64,000 bases of DNA from Prorocentrum cordatum. Its lineage: Eukaryota. This document shows, piece after piece, positions 13,294-26,359 of the stretch. The stretch's first letter is position 1; the number at the start of each line of letters is the position of its first letter. The notes under the pieces are model-generated. The model was given only the letters and a program-made list of their open reading frames with translations, made no database searches and was not told where the DNA came from. The translations under genes and the position numbers were made by a program. The DNA lies in the NCBI GenBank assembly GCA_963575745.1, contig CAUYUJ010000127.1:1-64000 (forward strand), given 5' to 3'.

Positions 13294-14383
13294 GTGTCTG
13301 CCGATGGAGTGTCTTCCGATGGAGGGTCAGGTCCTGGGCCTGTGTCCACCAGGGCCCCTGTCCCTCACGCCGAGAGGAGGCCAGGGGCCACGCCTTGCCG
13401 CTTGAGACACGGTGCGGCACCCACGCATGGGGGGCACACGACGAGGGGGCCACGAGGGGTCCACGGGCCATGGCCACGGTGCCACGGGCCACCCAAGTCG
13501 AGGTGCGGCGCTCATCGAGAGGGCCACGAGGCGGCCTCGGGGGCACAGGGTTCACCCAGCGGGCCACGGGCAACAGAAGCCGATGTGCGACGCCCCCCTT
13601 CCCCGTGCAGCTAGGTAGAGATGCTTGCAGCTGCCGGCTGCTCCGAGAAACAGGATGATGAGTGATGCTGGTGCTGGTGCTGATGCTGATGCTGCTGATG
13701 GCGACGGTGGTGATGGCGATGGCGATGGTGATGATGAGGGGGAGGCCAAACACTCGATCTGCCTCTGCGACGCGAGCTGGCAGAAGAGTTGTCTGATATC
13801 CTCCGTGCTGGGTGGCGTCTCCAGCTCCTTCATGTATAGCTCCGTCTGTAACGCTGCGCCAGCCGCCAGCCTGCAGGACGCCGAACGGGAGGCCAGGGAC
13901 CCCCTTCTGTGATGTTCAGAAGAGCAAGATGCCATGACGATGAGTTATGCGCTCGATGGTTTCCACATTTCCCCGCTGCTTCGCACGGACTCCAGAAGAC
14001 GAGGGCCGCCATATGCTCTGCAAGTCCTGGAACGTATCCGCCTGTTGCTTCCGAGCCAGAGCTAATTTGGGAGCTGACTCCTTCTCCATCGAACTGGACT
14101 GCTACTTATCCACGTGAGGGGTTATCATCCGCCAGTCGTGCTGACATCGTTATCATCCTGATTACCCCTGGGAGTATGTTGCGAGCCTTCCTTTCGAGCG
14201 CTTGATCGCATCACCGGATCAGGTTCTGGTGCGTCGATACCAGCTGTTACTGTCAATGTCCTCAACGGCTCGAACCATGATGCGTTGTTATCAACATTGC
14301 GTGGTTGGATGCGTTAACGCGTGCTGTGCGCCCTAGACCTAAATTGGACCGGGGCTATAAGATACGCCCCGCCCCACTCCGAG

Positions 14384-14494
14384 GACGCCGCCTGCTGCGC
14401 CACGTTCGGCTGCGAGGGGGCATACGACGTGGCCCAGCCCTGCCAGTGCAACAGCAGGTGCGAGGAGTTCTCGAACTGCTGCCCGGACTTCCAG
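14384..14494 (+). CDS. Exon encoding a somatomedin-B (SMB)-like cysteine-rich domain
   Basis: DAACCATFGCEGAYDVAQPCQCNSRCEEFSNCCPDFQ matches the SMB core C-x-C-x3-C-x5-CC-x-D-[YF]. GAG|G acceptor, CAG|GC donor, 111 nt, almost all codons end in G/C. Confidence 0.8.
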
Positions 14495-14591
14495 GCCCGT
14501 CCTCGCTTTGCCCATCAAGACCTCGAGGAGATTTGGAAGAGGAAGAGGAGGAAGAGCAGGAGGAGGAAGACGAGGTGGATGATGATAATGC

Positions 14592-14613
14592 TCCGTAGCC
14601 CTTTTGGCTCAAG
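14592..14613 (+). other. Relic dinoflagellate spliced leader
   Basis: TCCGTAGCCCTTTTGGCTCAAG matches DinoSL DCCGTAGCCATTTTGGCTCAAG at 21 of 22 positions. Confidence 0.9.
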
Positions 14614-15136
14614 TCCGCATCGGTGTGGCTCAGGGGCTTGACATCGGAGGGGCGGCCCCAAACAATGTTGACCCGGATGTTTGGTGCTGCTGTCAGATAA
14701 CATATTTGTTCGCGCACTGGTTCTTCCCATGAGGTCGGCAATGATGACGAAGGAGGAGGGACAGCCAGAGTACACCCAATGTAACGACGATGAGGCATCC
14801 AGCCTCCCGTCCCAGGACCTTCCTCACAAGCCCTTAGAAGCATGATGCTGCCATCCGTGTAGCAGTTGCACCAGGTTGTACTTCATGGTCCTGATATCGA
14901 GCGATGTCTCAAGCAAGAGCTCGATGTTTGCGAGGAGCTGCATTCATCCATGCAAAACGGTTGCACTGGTCATGATGGTGAGGGGGTCTCAGGCGAGAGC
15001 CCCACTCTGAAAAGGGACCTGTCTCCATACATCTAACCATTCGATGTGTTTGAAGACGAGTGCGGGCAGCGCCAAGGCGAGAGCCCCATTTGGAAAGCCA
15101 GCTGCCCTCTACCCATGTAGCTATTTGAGGACTCGG

Positions 15137-15268
15137 GTGTGTGTGTGTGTGCGTGTGTGCGTGCGTGCGTGTGTGTGTGTGTTTGTGGTTTGTGGTTTGT
15201 GGTTTGTGGTTTGTGTTTGTGTGTGTGTGGGTGTGGGTGTGGGTGTGGGTGTGTGTGTGTGTGTGTGC
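15137..15268. repeat. (GT)n/(GTTTGTG)n compound microsatellite
   Basis: Direct reading. Confidence 0.95.
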
Positions 15269-15354
15269 GTCGCGCTTGCTGGTTCCTAGTGGCGCTCATC
15301 ATCCTCCTGTTCCTTTCCCACCTTTGTGTGGGCGCTGCTGCGGGCAGTACTTCT

Positions 15355-18118
15355 ATGCCGAGCTGCAGATCATGGGTAGCCACCGCTGCTGCGGGTGCCC
15401 CGCTATCCGTCGCTCAACGTCGCCGCCGTGAGCGGGATGCCTGGTATGCTACTTCCCATAGTGCACCTGGGAAGGCATTCGTCGAAGTGGACGTGGTCGA
15501 CAGGGCTGACGTCAAGCGCATGGCCCATGGCAAGGCCCTACACCGCCTTCTCGATGAGGATGGGCTCGCGCACGGACTGCCCCCTGCCGCTTCTGGCAAA
15601 GTCGCTGCGCATCGTGCTCTCCGCCGCGGGACTCTTACTCCTGCTGGCCATGCGGCAGCGCGTTCGACCTTGGAGCTGGCGGACGCCGCCAAGCACCACC
15701 ATCTTTCTCTTCAAGGCACAGCTGTCCATGCTGCGGAGCTACTTGCTGGACGCCGAGCTCCTGCTGGGCATCGGGCCCGTGCTGGAGATCGGGACCGTGT
15801 TGGAGTTGGGGACCCTTCTGGGCTTCGAGACCGTGCTGGACGTCGGGACCCTGCGGGAGATCGTGATCGTCCTGGGCAATTGGACCATCATGCTGCTCCT
15901 CGCCCTCGCTGGGCTGATGCACCTCTTGACAGCGACGATGCCGATGGAGAGCGCGCCCGAACCCCGCCTCGAGCGGGTGGCCAGGCCCTTGCCCACACGT
16001 TGGTGCCCCCCCGCTGTCCCACCTCAAGAGGACAGTGTCCCTCCACGAGAGGAAGACCATGCAGTCGACGCTCCTGCAGGTGATCTTCGTGCGGGTGTCC
16101 GTATGGAGGCCTGCGCCGACGTTGCTACACCTTCCCTGGCGGCGTCTCCTTCGGTTGATTTCCTCTTCTCGTGCATCGGCCAGCTCACGTACACGATGAA
16201 TGAGCTCATCTGCATGATGGCCACATTGCTCGCCGCACACAACGTGACCACCGCCTACTCCAACACCGACTTCCTCACTGCCTACACCAACGACCTGGTG
16301 CACCTGGACAATGGCTCTTTCCTGTCTGACCTCGACTTCGAGACCGAGCTCTGCATCTTCGAGGAACGCGCTCGGCTCCCTGCTGGCGTTCCTGGCTGTG
16401 GTGCTGCCGTTCCGCATACCGCTGATGTTCGGCCTGACGGGTTCGCGGAACCTCCTGGACCTCAAGATGCTCAACACTCTCTTCGTGAGATTATTCCCGC
16501 TAATGGTTCTGCTGGTGGCGCCCCTCTCCCTGCTCTTGGTGACGTTGCCGACCTCCCTGGCTCAGGCTCTGCGGGTGGCTATGCTGCTCCTCCTGCTGCA
16601 TGCGCTGTGCCTCCGGAAGCTCGTGTCGATCCTGGCCCTCACATCCGGCGTGCTGAGCATAGTGCTCCTCTGGTTCCTGACCCCGCTGACCCTCAACAAA
16701 ATCATTTGGGTGATGCGCCTGCCACTGCGGATGGTGGTCGTCTGGTTGCTGCTCGCGCTCCTCACGGCGGTTGCGCTGCTGCTGTTGCCCCTGCCCTTCC
16801 TCATTGGCACCGTGCTCGTGCCACGCGCGACTTCTACTGCCTGAAGGTCCTCCATGTGGGCCCGAGGATCTCGACTCGTACGGCATGCCGCTACCACCCG
16901 CGCTGTTCATTCGGAAATGACTGCAGCAACTCCCACCTGACAGAGCTGACCGACGAGGCTCTTGCCGCTGAGCATGCGCGCCTTTGCCGCCTCCAGCCTG
17001 AGTGTGCCGACGCTCAGCCGCTGACCGTGGAGCTCTGGCTGGCTCGGGCTGCCGGCCGCACTGCCCCGGAGGTGCACGCCTTGACTGGGCTAGCCGCTGC
17101 TCCTGCGTTTGACGCTGGCGCCAGTGCACATGCTGTCCTCCTAACTGCTCCGCCATCTGTCACCAAGGTTGAGACTGACGACCTGTCTCTCAACATGTCG
17201 GGGCCTCCGCATCAAGGTAGTGGACACCATAGTCCTCGGCCTCACTTACATGGGGATGTAGAGCCTACTGGTATTCTGGGCCTTTCTGCTGACGATGGTG
17301 CTGCTGAGGGTCCTGCCGCGGCTGATCACCCTCTCCCTGAGCTTCTTCCTCCACCAGACGATGCTGCTGGCGGGCTTTCTCTTCATCAACTTCCTGCTGA
17401 GCTTCTGCCTCATGAGAGTTGCGCTGCTGCGGGTCCTGCCGATGCTGGTCATGCTCTCCCTGAGCATCCTCCTCGACCAGACGATGCTGCTGGCGCACTC
17501 GCTGTACTTCCACCCCATGATGGGCTTCAGCTTCACGTCGACGGGGCTGCTGCAGGTCCTGCCGCTGCTGGTCACACTCAGCACACACATACGCCTCCTG
17601 CGGGACATCTTCCTCCACCTGACGGCGCTGGGCGGCCTCCCCCTGTAGGCGCTGCGCTGCTACTCCCTGGGCAAGGGCTCCATGGCGCAGGCGCTGATGA
17701 CCAAGGGTGCGATTTGGGTCCCATCGCTGCCAGCACTGCGGGGCAGAGCGTGCGTGATACAGAAGTTGGTGTGCACCTCAATGGGCGTGTGATGCCTGGC
17801 GCACGCTTCTTTCGGCATAACGATCTACTGCAGCCTCGCTCATGCAGCAAGGCTCTCCTCGCTCACGTCGACTTCCTTATCGTGCGCGGCATCACCGACC
17901 CGTGCGGCGTCATGGAGGCCGTCTCCTTCTACTCGGCGGGGGCTCCCCCCGCCTTCGTCTCTGCCCCTGCGGGCGCGGAGATCGACACAGACACACCAAA
18001 CTTCACGTTCGATGAGACGCCTGCAGTGAACACGTTCTCGACCGCCGTCGATGTCACCACCCCCGACCGCTACGCCATGCCCCTGAGAGGCTCAGAGGGT
18101 GCGCGGCGCGCGGCTTAG
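15355..18118 (+). CDS. Intronless Ala/Pro/Gly-rich protein with a CCCH zinc finger, split by a +1 shift near the C7 run at 16006-16012 (~920 aa if joined); probably mobile-element encoded
   Basis: Frame A (ATG 15355 to stop 16083) reads protein-like up to the C7 run and frame B (to stop 18118) after it. CRYHPRCSFGNDCSNSH (C-x5-C-x5-C-x3-H) lies at 16886-16936. No RT or endonuclease motifs seen. Confidence 0.55.
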
Positions 18119-18159
18119 GCGGGAGGAGACTGCACCCTTGGACGCTCGCTCCTCCCTCA

Positions 18160-18825
18160 TCCTCCCTCCTGCTCCTCCTCCTCCTCCTTCTTCTCCTCCT
18201 CCTCTTCCTCCTCCTCCTCCTCCTCCTTCTCCTCGTCCTTGTCCTCCTCCTCCTCCTCCTCCTCCTCCTCCTACTCCTTCCTTCGCAGGAACGGGGCCTC
18301 GTCCTCCTCCTCGTCGTCCTCCTCCTCCTTCTGCTCCTCCTTCTCCTCCTCCTCCTCGTCCTCGTCTCGTCCTCGTCCTCGTCCTCTTCCTCGTTCTCGT
18401 CCTCCTCCGCGTCCTTCTCCTCCTCCTCGTCCTCCTCCTCCTCCTCCACCTCCTCGTCGTCCTCCTCCTCCTCCTCCTCCTCCTCGTCCTCCTCGTCATC
18501 CTCCTCCTACTCCTTCTCTTCCTCTCCTCCTCCTCCTCCTCCTCCTCCTCCTCCCCCTCCTCCTTCTTCTCGTCCTCCACCTCGTCATTGTCCTCCTCGT
18601 CCTCGTCCTCCTTCTCCTTCTCATCCTTCTCCTCCTTCGGCTTCTCCTTGTTTCTCCGTTTCTTCCTTCTCCCTCTCGTCCTCCTCCTCCTCGTCCTCCT
18701 CCTCCTTCCCCTCCTCCTCTTCCTTCTCCCCTTTTCGTTCTCGTCCTCGTGTTCCTCGTCCCCCTCCTCATCCTCCACGTCCTCCTTCTCGTCTTCATCA
18801 TTATCACCATCACAATCACCATCAC

Positions 18826-18898
<73 letters not shown>

Positions 18899-20102
18899 TC
18901 ATCATCATCATCATCGTCATCGTCGTCATCACCATCACAATCGTCATCATCGTCATCATCACCATCCTCATCCTCATCCGCGTCATCATCATCAGCATCA
19001 TCAGCATCATCATCATCAGCAGCAGCAGCAGCATCATCATCTCCCTTCTCCTCCTCGTCCGCCTCGTCCTTCTCCGCCTCCTCTTCCTCGTCCTCGTATT
19101 CGTCCTCCTCATCGTCTCCCTCCTCCTCGTCTTCCTCCTCCTCCGCCTCGTTGTCCTCCTCCTCCTCGTCCTCCTCGTCCCCGTCCCCGTCCTTGCCCTC
19201 CTCTTCGTCCTTCTCGTCGCCCTCCTTCTCCTCGTCCCCGTCCCCGTCATTGCCTCCCTCCTCCTCCTCATCCTCCTCCTCCTCCTCCTCGTCCTTCTCG
19301 TCGTCCTCCTCCTCGTCCTCATCGTCCTCGTCCTCGTCCTCCTTCTCGTCCTCGTCCTACTCCTCGTCATCCTCCTCCTCCACGTCTTGCTCGTCCTCGT
19401 CCTCTTCCCCCTCCTCCTCCTCATCCTTCTCCTCCTCATCCTCCTCGTTCTCCTTCTCCTCGTCCTCCTCCTCGTCCTTGTCTTCCTCGTCCTCGTCGTC
19501 CTCCTCGTCCTCCTTATCCTCCTCCTCCTCCTCATCCTCCTCCTCCTCCTACTCCTCGTCCTCCTCCGCCACGTAGTGCTCGGCTCGCTCTCTCGTTCCC
19601 CCTCCTCCTCGCTCCCTCCTCCCTCCTCCTTTCCTTCTCCCCCTCTCGTCCTCCTCCTCGTCCTCCTCGTCCTCGTCCTCGTCGTCGTCCTCCTCATCCT
19701 TCTCCTCCTCCTCCTCCTCCGCCTCCTCCTCCTCCTCTTCCTCCTCCGCCTCCTCCTCTCCATCCTCGTCATCCGTTTCATCCTCCTCCCCGACCTCGTC
19801 TTCCTCCTCCTCTTCCTCCTCCGCCTCGTCCTCCTCCTTCTCGTCTTCCTCCTCCTCATCATCCCCCTCATCAGCATCATCAGCATCATCATCATCATCA
19901 TCATCATCATCAGCAGCATCATCATCATCATCCTCATCCGCATCATCATCAGCATCATCATCAGCATCATCATCAGCCTCATCATCAGCAGCATCATCAT
20001 CAGCATCATCATCATCAGCATCATCCTCAGCACTATCATTCTCAGTATTAGCGTAATCATCAGCATCAGCATAATCATCATCATACTCATCATCATCATC
20101 AG

Positions 20103-20175
<73 letters not shown>

Positions 20176-21000
20176 GCCATCGTCATCAACATCAACATCA
20201 ACATCAACATCAATATCATCACCATCCTCGTTTTCCTTGCCCTCGTCCCCGTCCTCCTCGTCCTCCTCGTCCGCCTCGTCTTCCTCGTCCTCCTCGTCCT
20301 CGTCCTCGTTCTCTTCCTCCTCCTCTTCCTCCTCCTCTTCCTCCTCCTCCTCCTCGTCCTCCTCCTCCTTCTCCTTGTCCTCCTCCTCCTCCTCCTCCTC
20401 CTCGTCTTCCTCGTCCTCCTCCTCTTCCTCCTCCTCGTCCTCCTCCCCCTCCTCCTCATCATCATCGTCCTGGTTCTCGTCCTCGTCATCCTCCTCGTGC
20501 TCCTCCTCCTCGTCGTCATCCTCCTTCTCCTCCTGCGCCTCCTCAAGCGCCTTCTTCTCCGCTTCCTCCTCTTCCGCATCCTTCTCCTTCACCTCCTCCT
20601 CTCCTCGTCCTCCTCCTTGTCCTCCTTCCTCCTCCTCTCCTCCTCGTCCCCCTTCTCCACCTTCACTCCCCCATGCGCTTCCCTCCCTCTCCTCCTCCTA
20701 CCTCCTCCTCCTCGTCCTCGTCCTCGTCCTCCTCCTCCCCTCATTCCTCCTATCCTCCCTCCTCCTCCTCCTCCCCTCCTCTCCTCCTCCCTGCCTCCTC
20801 CCCGTCCGCTCTTCCCTCCTCGTGCCCTGTTCCTCCCCCTCTTCCGCCCCCTCTCCTCCACGTCCCACTCTTCCTCCTGCTGCCTCCTCCTCCTCTTCCA
20901 CTCTTTTCCTCCTCTTCCTCCTCCTCCTCCTCCTCCTCCTCTCCTCCTCCTCCCTCCTCCTCCTCCTCCTCTTCCTCATGCTCCTCCTCCTCCTCTTCCA
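18160..21000. repeat. ~2.8-kb compound (CCT/CGT)n-(CAT)n microsatellite block
   Basis: Direct reading; source of the poly-P/S/L/E/D pseudo-ORFs. Confidence 0.97.
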
Positions 21001-21041
21001 TTCTTTTCCCAATGTATGATTTCCCCCTGTGGGCACCCCGA

Positions 21042-21720
21042 GGCCGGGCGTTTCGCCTGAGACTTCCTCACCATGTGTAACTCTGAAGCTTAAACGTTGG
21101 CAACGGTTTCACAGATGGAGGGTGGTTCTCAAAATGTGGCTCTCGCCTTCGCGCCGCTTTTAGAAATTTGCAAGAGCTTCACCGATTGAGGGCGGGTGGT
21201 TTTCAAAATGTAGCTCTCGCCTGAGCGCCGCGCACATTCGTTTTAAACAAATCCAAGAGCTTCATGGATTGAGGGCGGGTGGCTTTCAAAATGTGGTTGG
21301 CGCCTCAGCGCCACGCACATTCGGTTTTAGAAACTTTCAAGTGTTTCACGGATTGAGGGCGGGTGGTTTCAAAATGTGGTTCTTGCTTCATTGCCGCGCA
21401 CATCCGGTTTAAAAATTTGCAAGAGTTTCACGGATTGAGGGCGGGTGGATTTGAAAATGTGGCTCTCGCCTTCGCGCCGCGCACATTCTTTATAGAAATT
21501 TGCAAGAGTTTCACGAGTCCGGATCGTCAAGACGCAGCAGTCAGGTTGATCCGTGGCGTTGAAATCTCGAGAACAATGTTTCGGCATGCTTCAGGATCCT
21601 CAGACGGTTGTCTTCCAACGAGGCACTTCCCTCAATGGAAATGAACCGTTGTAGGGACCTGTGGAGAGGGAGCTTGGAGGGAGGGTTAATTTCAACATCG
21701 TTTATGGCCCTGGCGGTCCC
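21042..21720. repeat. Dispersed repeat with an internal ~83-bp tandem array (5 units)
   Basis: Starts GGCCGGGCGTTTCGCCTGAGAC; units ATTGAGGGCG..TCAAAATGTGG..GCGCCGCGCACATTC; right arm shared with 28235-29215. Confidence 0.85.
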
Positions 21721-21785
21721 ACTGCTCCTCCTCCTCCTCCTCCTCCTCCTCCTCCTCCTCCTCCTCCTCCTCCTCGTCCTCCTCT

Positions 21786-21817
<32 letters not shown>

Positions 21818-21877
21818 CTCCTCTTCCTCCTCCTCCTCCTCCGCCTCCCTGCCTCCCTGCCTCCCTTCTCCCTCCTC

Positions 21878-21908
<31 letters not shown>

Positions 21909-22089
21909 CTCCTCCTCCTCCTCCTCCTCCTTCGCCTTCTCGTCCTCTTTCCCCCCCCCCGTTCGTCTCCTCGCGCCAGGATCCCCAGAACTCCTCGACT
22001 GCCAGAACAAAACAACAAGCGGCGGGAGGTTCTCCGCTATTTTCTCTGCCTCGGGGCGCCCTCGCGGGGCCTCGGGAGCGGCCTCGGGG

Positions 22090-22127
<38 letters not shown>

Positions 22128-23064
22128 AGGAGGAGGAGGAGGAGGAGGAGGAGGAGGCGAGGAGGCGGAGGAGGAGGAGGAGGAGGAGGAGGGGAGGAGG
22201 AGGAGAGGAGGAGGAGGCGGAGAGGCGGAGGAGGAGGAGGAGAGGAGGAGGAGGAGGGGGAGGATGGAGAGGAGGAGGAGGAGGAGGGAGGAGGAGGAGG
22301 AGGAGGAGGAGGGCCCTCGAAACGACAGGGCCGTTTTTGTTACTGGTTCCGTTTGCCGTTTTTGCTGTTGGTTCCGTCGATTGCTGTTCCGGTTCCGGTT
22401 CCAAGCCCAGGGCAGTTTTGTTCGCCGTTTCCGGTAGTTGTGTTTGACCGTTTCCTTTTTCAGGGGACCTTTTTTCCCAAAGCGGTGAAAAAAACGGCCT
22501 TGCGCTTCCGGGGCCCATGGGGCAGGGGTCATTTCGATTCCTCCGATTCGATTCGAATCGATTTCGATGGCTTCCGATTCCGATTCGATTCGACTTGGGA
22601 TTCCGATTTGGGCTCCGATTTCTTATTGGAGGCATACTAGCCTGCCGATTTCCCCCGATTCGACTTTTCCCGATTCGGCTGCAGATTTCCGCCGATCCGA
22701 TTCATGCCGATTGCCGATCCGATTTATCGATTCGATTCTGGGCTCTCCTGATGGGGGAGACGGGTCCTGAGGGAAGCGGGTCCTGAGGTTTTTCGCCGAC
22801 TTTGGGCTCTCGGGGCCCTCCACGGGACCCAGGATGGTCCGAAACAGGATTCTGGAGGAAGAGCTCGCCCTGGGGGGGGGGAGGCCCTGGGGTCCAGGGA
22901 TCCGTTTCCCGCAGGACCCGTTACCTTGGGGGTCGACGTCATGCAAAGTGACGGCCGCGGGGCGTCTGGAGTCATGCCTGTGGCCACGGCGCCTCGGAGC
23001 GTTTCGGGGAGGGGTGGCGAGAGCCCGAGGCGAAGGCAAACGTCGTGGCCTCGACGGAGGCCAG

Positions 23065-23096
23065 GTCTTTTCGTCGCGCTTCCTCAGCGACTCGAG
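23065..23096 (+). CDS. Candidate micro-exon (VFSSRFLSDS)
   Basis: CAG|G and AG|GC borders; phase fits the candidate exons at 26360 and 29430. Confidence 0.3.
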
Positions 23097-23837
23097 GCTG
23101 TCAGGGCTCCTCCTCCTCCCTCCTCCCTCCTCCTCCCTCCTCCTCCCTCCTCCTCCTCCTCCTCCTCCTCCTCCTCCTCCTCCTCCTCCTCCTCCTCCTC
23201 CTCCTCCTCCTCCTCCTCCTCCCAGAGATTCGAGAGGCTGACGCCATCCACCCGGGCCCCGGAGGAGCGATGGCGTCCACGGGTGAAGCCTTTTGGGGGA
23301 CTCTTGGGGGGCCCTCTTGGGGGGCCTCTATTGGGCCTCTTAAGGGGGCCTCTCCGAGCCACGGGGGAGTTTTCGGGCGCATGCCGGCGGTCCCGGGGGG
23401 TCCTCTTGCGGCGGAGGGCTAAGAATGTCCATTCGAGTCGCCCCTCTTGGGCCCCTCTTGGGGCTCTCTTGGGCCAGCTTGAGCGCCTCTTGACCCTCCT
23501 GGGGGTTTCGTGGCTCGTCTTGGAGCGGTCTTGGGAACATCTTGAGCCGTCTTGGAAACTGTGGAGACCCCAAAAAGTGCGAACATACCCAAAGCGTTCG
23601 CATTCCCTGGGGATTTGCACGATTATTGCTTCGCGGTGCCCTGTCTTGGAGACCTCTTGGGGCGTCTGTGAGGCCTCTTGGGCAGTCTTGAAGCCACCTT
23701 GGTAGTCTGTGAGGACTCTGCGGCGCACTGGAGCCCAGCTTGAGCGAGCTCAGAAGGAATCTTCGGGCATCCCGGGGGCCACGGACTCTGGATTTGGGCG
23801 CTCCAGGGGCCCCGGAGAAGCGTTTATAAGCTCGACT

Positions 23838-24013
23838 TGGGCGCCGCGTAATGGGGGGGTCATAAATGGGGGTGCGGCGAGGGTGGTTCGAAAAGGTCCC
23901 CGAACGGTACCTAAACGAGCCCCCTGGGGCTCTGGAGGGGCCCGAAAGGGGCACGAAAAGGGACCGTTTCTGACCCCCCCATTTGTGACCCCCCCCGCAT
24001 TAAGCAACGCCCA
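23838..24013. mobile_element. MITE family F, TG...CA termini, 5-bp TSD CGACT
   Basis: Imperfect TIR TGGGCG..GC.TAATG.GGGGGGGTCA.AAATGGGGG; CGACT at 23833-37 and 24014-18. Confidence 0.85.
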
Positions 24014-24394
24014 CGACTCCCCCCCCCCCCCCCCGCGCCCCCAGACATGCTCCTGCCGCCCAACAAATCAGCACGGGAGACTGCTGGCTTCTCATTTTTC
24101 GGCTCCCTCGTCGGGCCTCTGGACCGTCAAGACACGACTCGGGATGAAAAGCCAGGAGGAGGAGGAGGAGGAGGAGGAGGAGGAGGAGGAGGAGGAGGAG
24201 GAGGAGGAGGAGGAGGAGGAGAGGGAGGCAGGAGGAGGGAGGGAGAGAGGGAGGAGGAGAGGGAGGAGGAGGGGGAGTCCTGGGCAGAGGGTTGAGACTG
24301 CCGCGGGCGCCGACATTGACAGACCAGGGCGGCGCGTGTCTGTCCCCCCCCCCCCCCCTTTCATCAGATTTCGGACCCCACAGGCGGGGGCAGA

Positions 24395-24570
24395 CCCAGA
24401 CCATGAAAAAAATCACGACGGGAGGTGTTTCTCTATTTTCGCCCTCCGGAGACCCCTACCGGCCCTCGGGACCGTCCAAAAACAACTCAGGATGAAAAAC
24501 CGGTCCCGGCGAATAGGTCCGGACCTCTGGGGGTCGCGTTATGAAAAAATCATGACGTCGGGGGTCTGGG
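24395..24570. mobile_element. MITE family A (CCCAGACC...GGTCTGGG), 2-bp TSD GA
   Basis: TIR and TSD visible; homologous to the copies at 26704, 38778, 43005, 43531 and 50125. Confidence 0.85.
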
Positions 24571-24799
24571 GAGGAAGGGAGACAACCAGTCATCTCAAAC
24601 GGCTTTGCGTTCCTGGCAAGCGGGGGTTGGCGGATCCATATCATTTGCGCCTCTGGTTTCCAGGAAAGGGTACCGACATTCCGAGACGCAGAGGGCTACT
24701 TTTCCTTATTAACCAGCGGCCTTCAGCATTACCATTGTCAGTGTTTTTTTTGTTACCAGCGCTGTTAATTATTCTCTTGCGCAGGGTGTCTAGAGCTCC

Positions 24800-25450
24800 G
24801 ACCACTTTATTCCGCGTCGCACCCCCCCCCCGCGTCCCCAGCGCCACAGAGGGCCCCCCGCGCAGTGGCTCTCTGCCCCGAGCCCCCCCGCGTCCCCAGC
24901 GCCCCAGCTGGAGCCCCGCCCACTGCCCCCTCCGCCACGAACGCTTTATTCCGCGTCGCACACCCCCGCTCTCCCCCCCCCGCGTCCCCAGCGCCACAGT
25001 GGGCCCCCCGCGCAGTGGCTCTCTGCCCCGAGCCCCCCCGCGTCCCCAGCGCCCCAGCTGGAGCCCCGCCCATCCCCTTCCGCCACGAACGCTTTCTTCT
25101 TCCGCGTCGGGACGCGCACCACCTCCCCCACCTCCCTCCCCGCGTCCCCAGCGCCCCAGTGGGGGCTTCCCTCCGCCCCGACCATTTTATTCCGCGTCGC
25201 GACGCACGCCGCCTCCCCCCTCCCCCCCGTCCCCAGCGCCCCAGTTGGACCCCCGCCCCGTGGCCCTCTGCCCCAAGCGCCGCCCAGTGCCTCCTCCGCC
25301 CCGACCATTTTATTCCGCGTCGCGACGCACACCACCTCCCCCCCCCTCCTCTCCGCGCCCCCAGCGCCCCAGTGGGACCTCCGCCCCGTGCCCCTTCCGC
25401 TCCGAGCACTTTATTCCGCGTCGCGACGCACACTACCTCCCCCCCCCTCC
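24800..25450. repeat. GC-rich tandem repeat, ~95-150-bp variable units
   Basis: TTTATTCCGCGTCGC...CGCGTCCCCAGCGCC recurs about six times. Confidence 0.8.
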
Positions 25451-26359
25451 CCACCTGGGATTTGGGCCCCGTTGCTGGGCCCCGAGGGGCGATGTCTTGC
25501 CCCCTCTTCCCCTTCCTCCTCCACCTCCTCCTCCTCCTCCTCCTCCCCCTTCCTTTTTGTGCAAGAGCCATGGCACACGTGCCAGATTCCCCTACCAGTG
25601 CTTGCACTGAAGGGGTCCTAGCGGATATCGAAAGATTTGTCGAAAGTTCCAGTCCGATATCGGTGGGCGGCTGGGTTCCCGGGTTCCGGTTCCGGGATCC
25701 TGGGTTCCCGGTTCCGGGCCGATTTCGGTGGGCGGCGGGGTTCCCGGGTTCCCAGGTTCTTGGTCGATCTTCTTATCCTTCGGTTTCACCATCGATCTCA
25801 TTACCCACTTTTCCATCGATCTTACTATCGATCTCACAGTCGATGTCAGCATCGATCTCACAATCGGTCCCACTACATAACGCACGAGCGATCTCACGAT
25901 TGATCTCACTTTCGATATTATGGAATCGTCTTCACTCGCGATCTCACGCTCAACCTTACAATCGTCCTCACTATCAAGTCCACAATCGATCTCACAATCG
26001 ATCTTAGTGTTTTCATCACTACTTTTCAAAACATCCACTGCTTGGGTTTGTTCTTTGGTGTATGTTTCCTGTCCAACGAGTAGTCGCCTGCGTATGATGA
26101 CGATGCTGCTGATGATAACGTGTAGCATTATTTATCGGAGTGCTAACAGCATTATCAGTACGACCATGCACTCTTCCACTGTTACGATTTCTGGTTGCAG
26201 TGCAATTCTCATCAGGCGCCGGTAGAAGCGGCGGACAGGAACGGGTCCTACGCAGGCTGGCGAGACGAATTGCAGCTCAAGGCGGCTGAGTCTTACATGC
26301 TGGACCCCCTGGATGGGCCTCCGAGGCGCAGTGGACGTGCCCGCGAATCTTGCCCGTAG

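Noticed and set aside
13740..13910. Minus-strand protein-like stretch LQTELYMKELETPPSTEDIRQLFCQL
   Set aside because: No recognisable motif or clear borders; possibly retroelement debris.
18054..21080. Long poly-P/S/L/E/D/R ORFs (also near 3700-4800, 21540-22640, 29150-30190, 51380-53400, 56110-56730)
   Set aside because: They are translations of triplet microsatellites that are stop-free in several frames.
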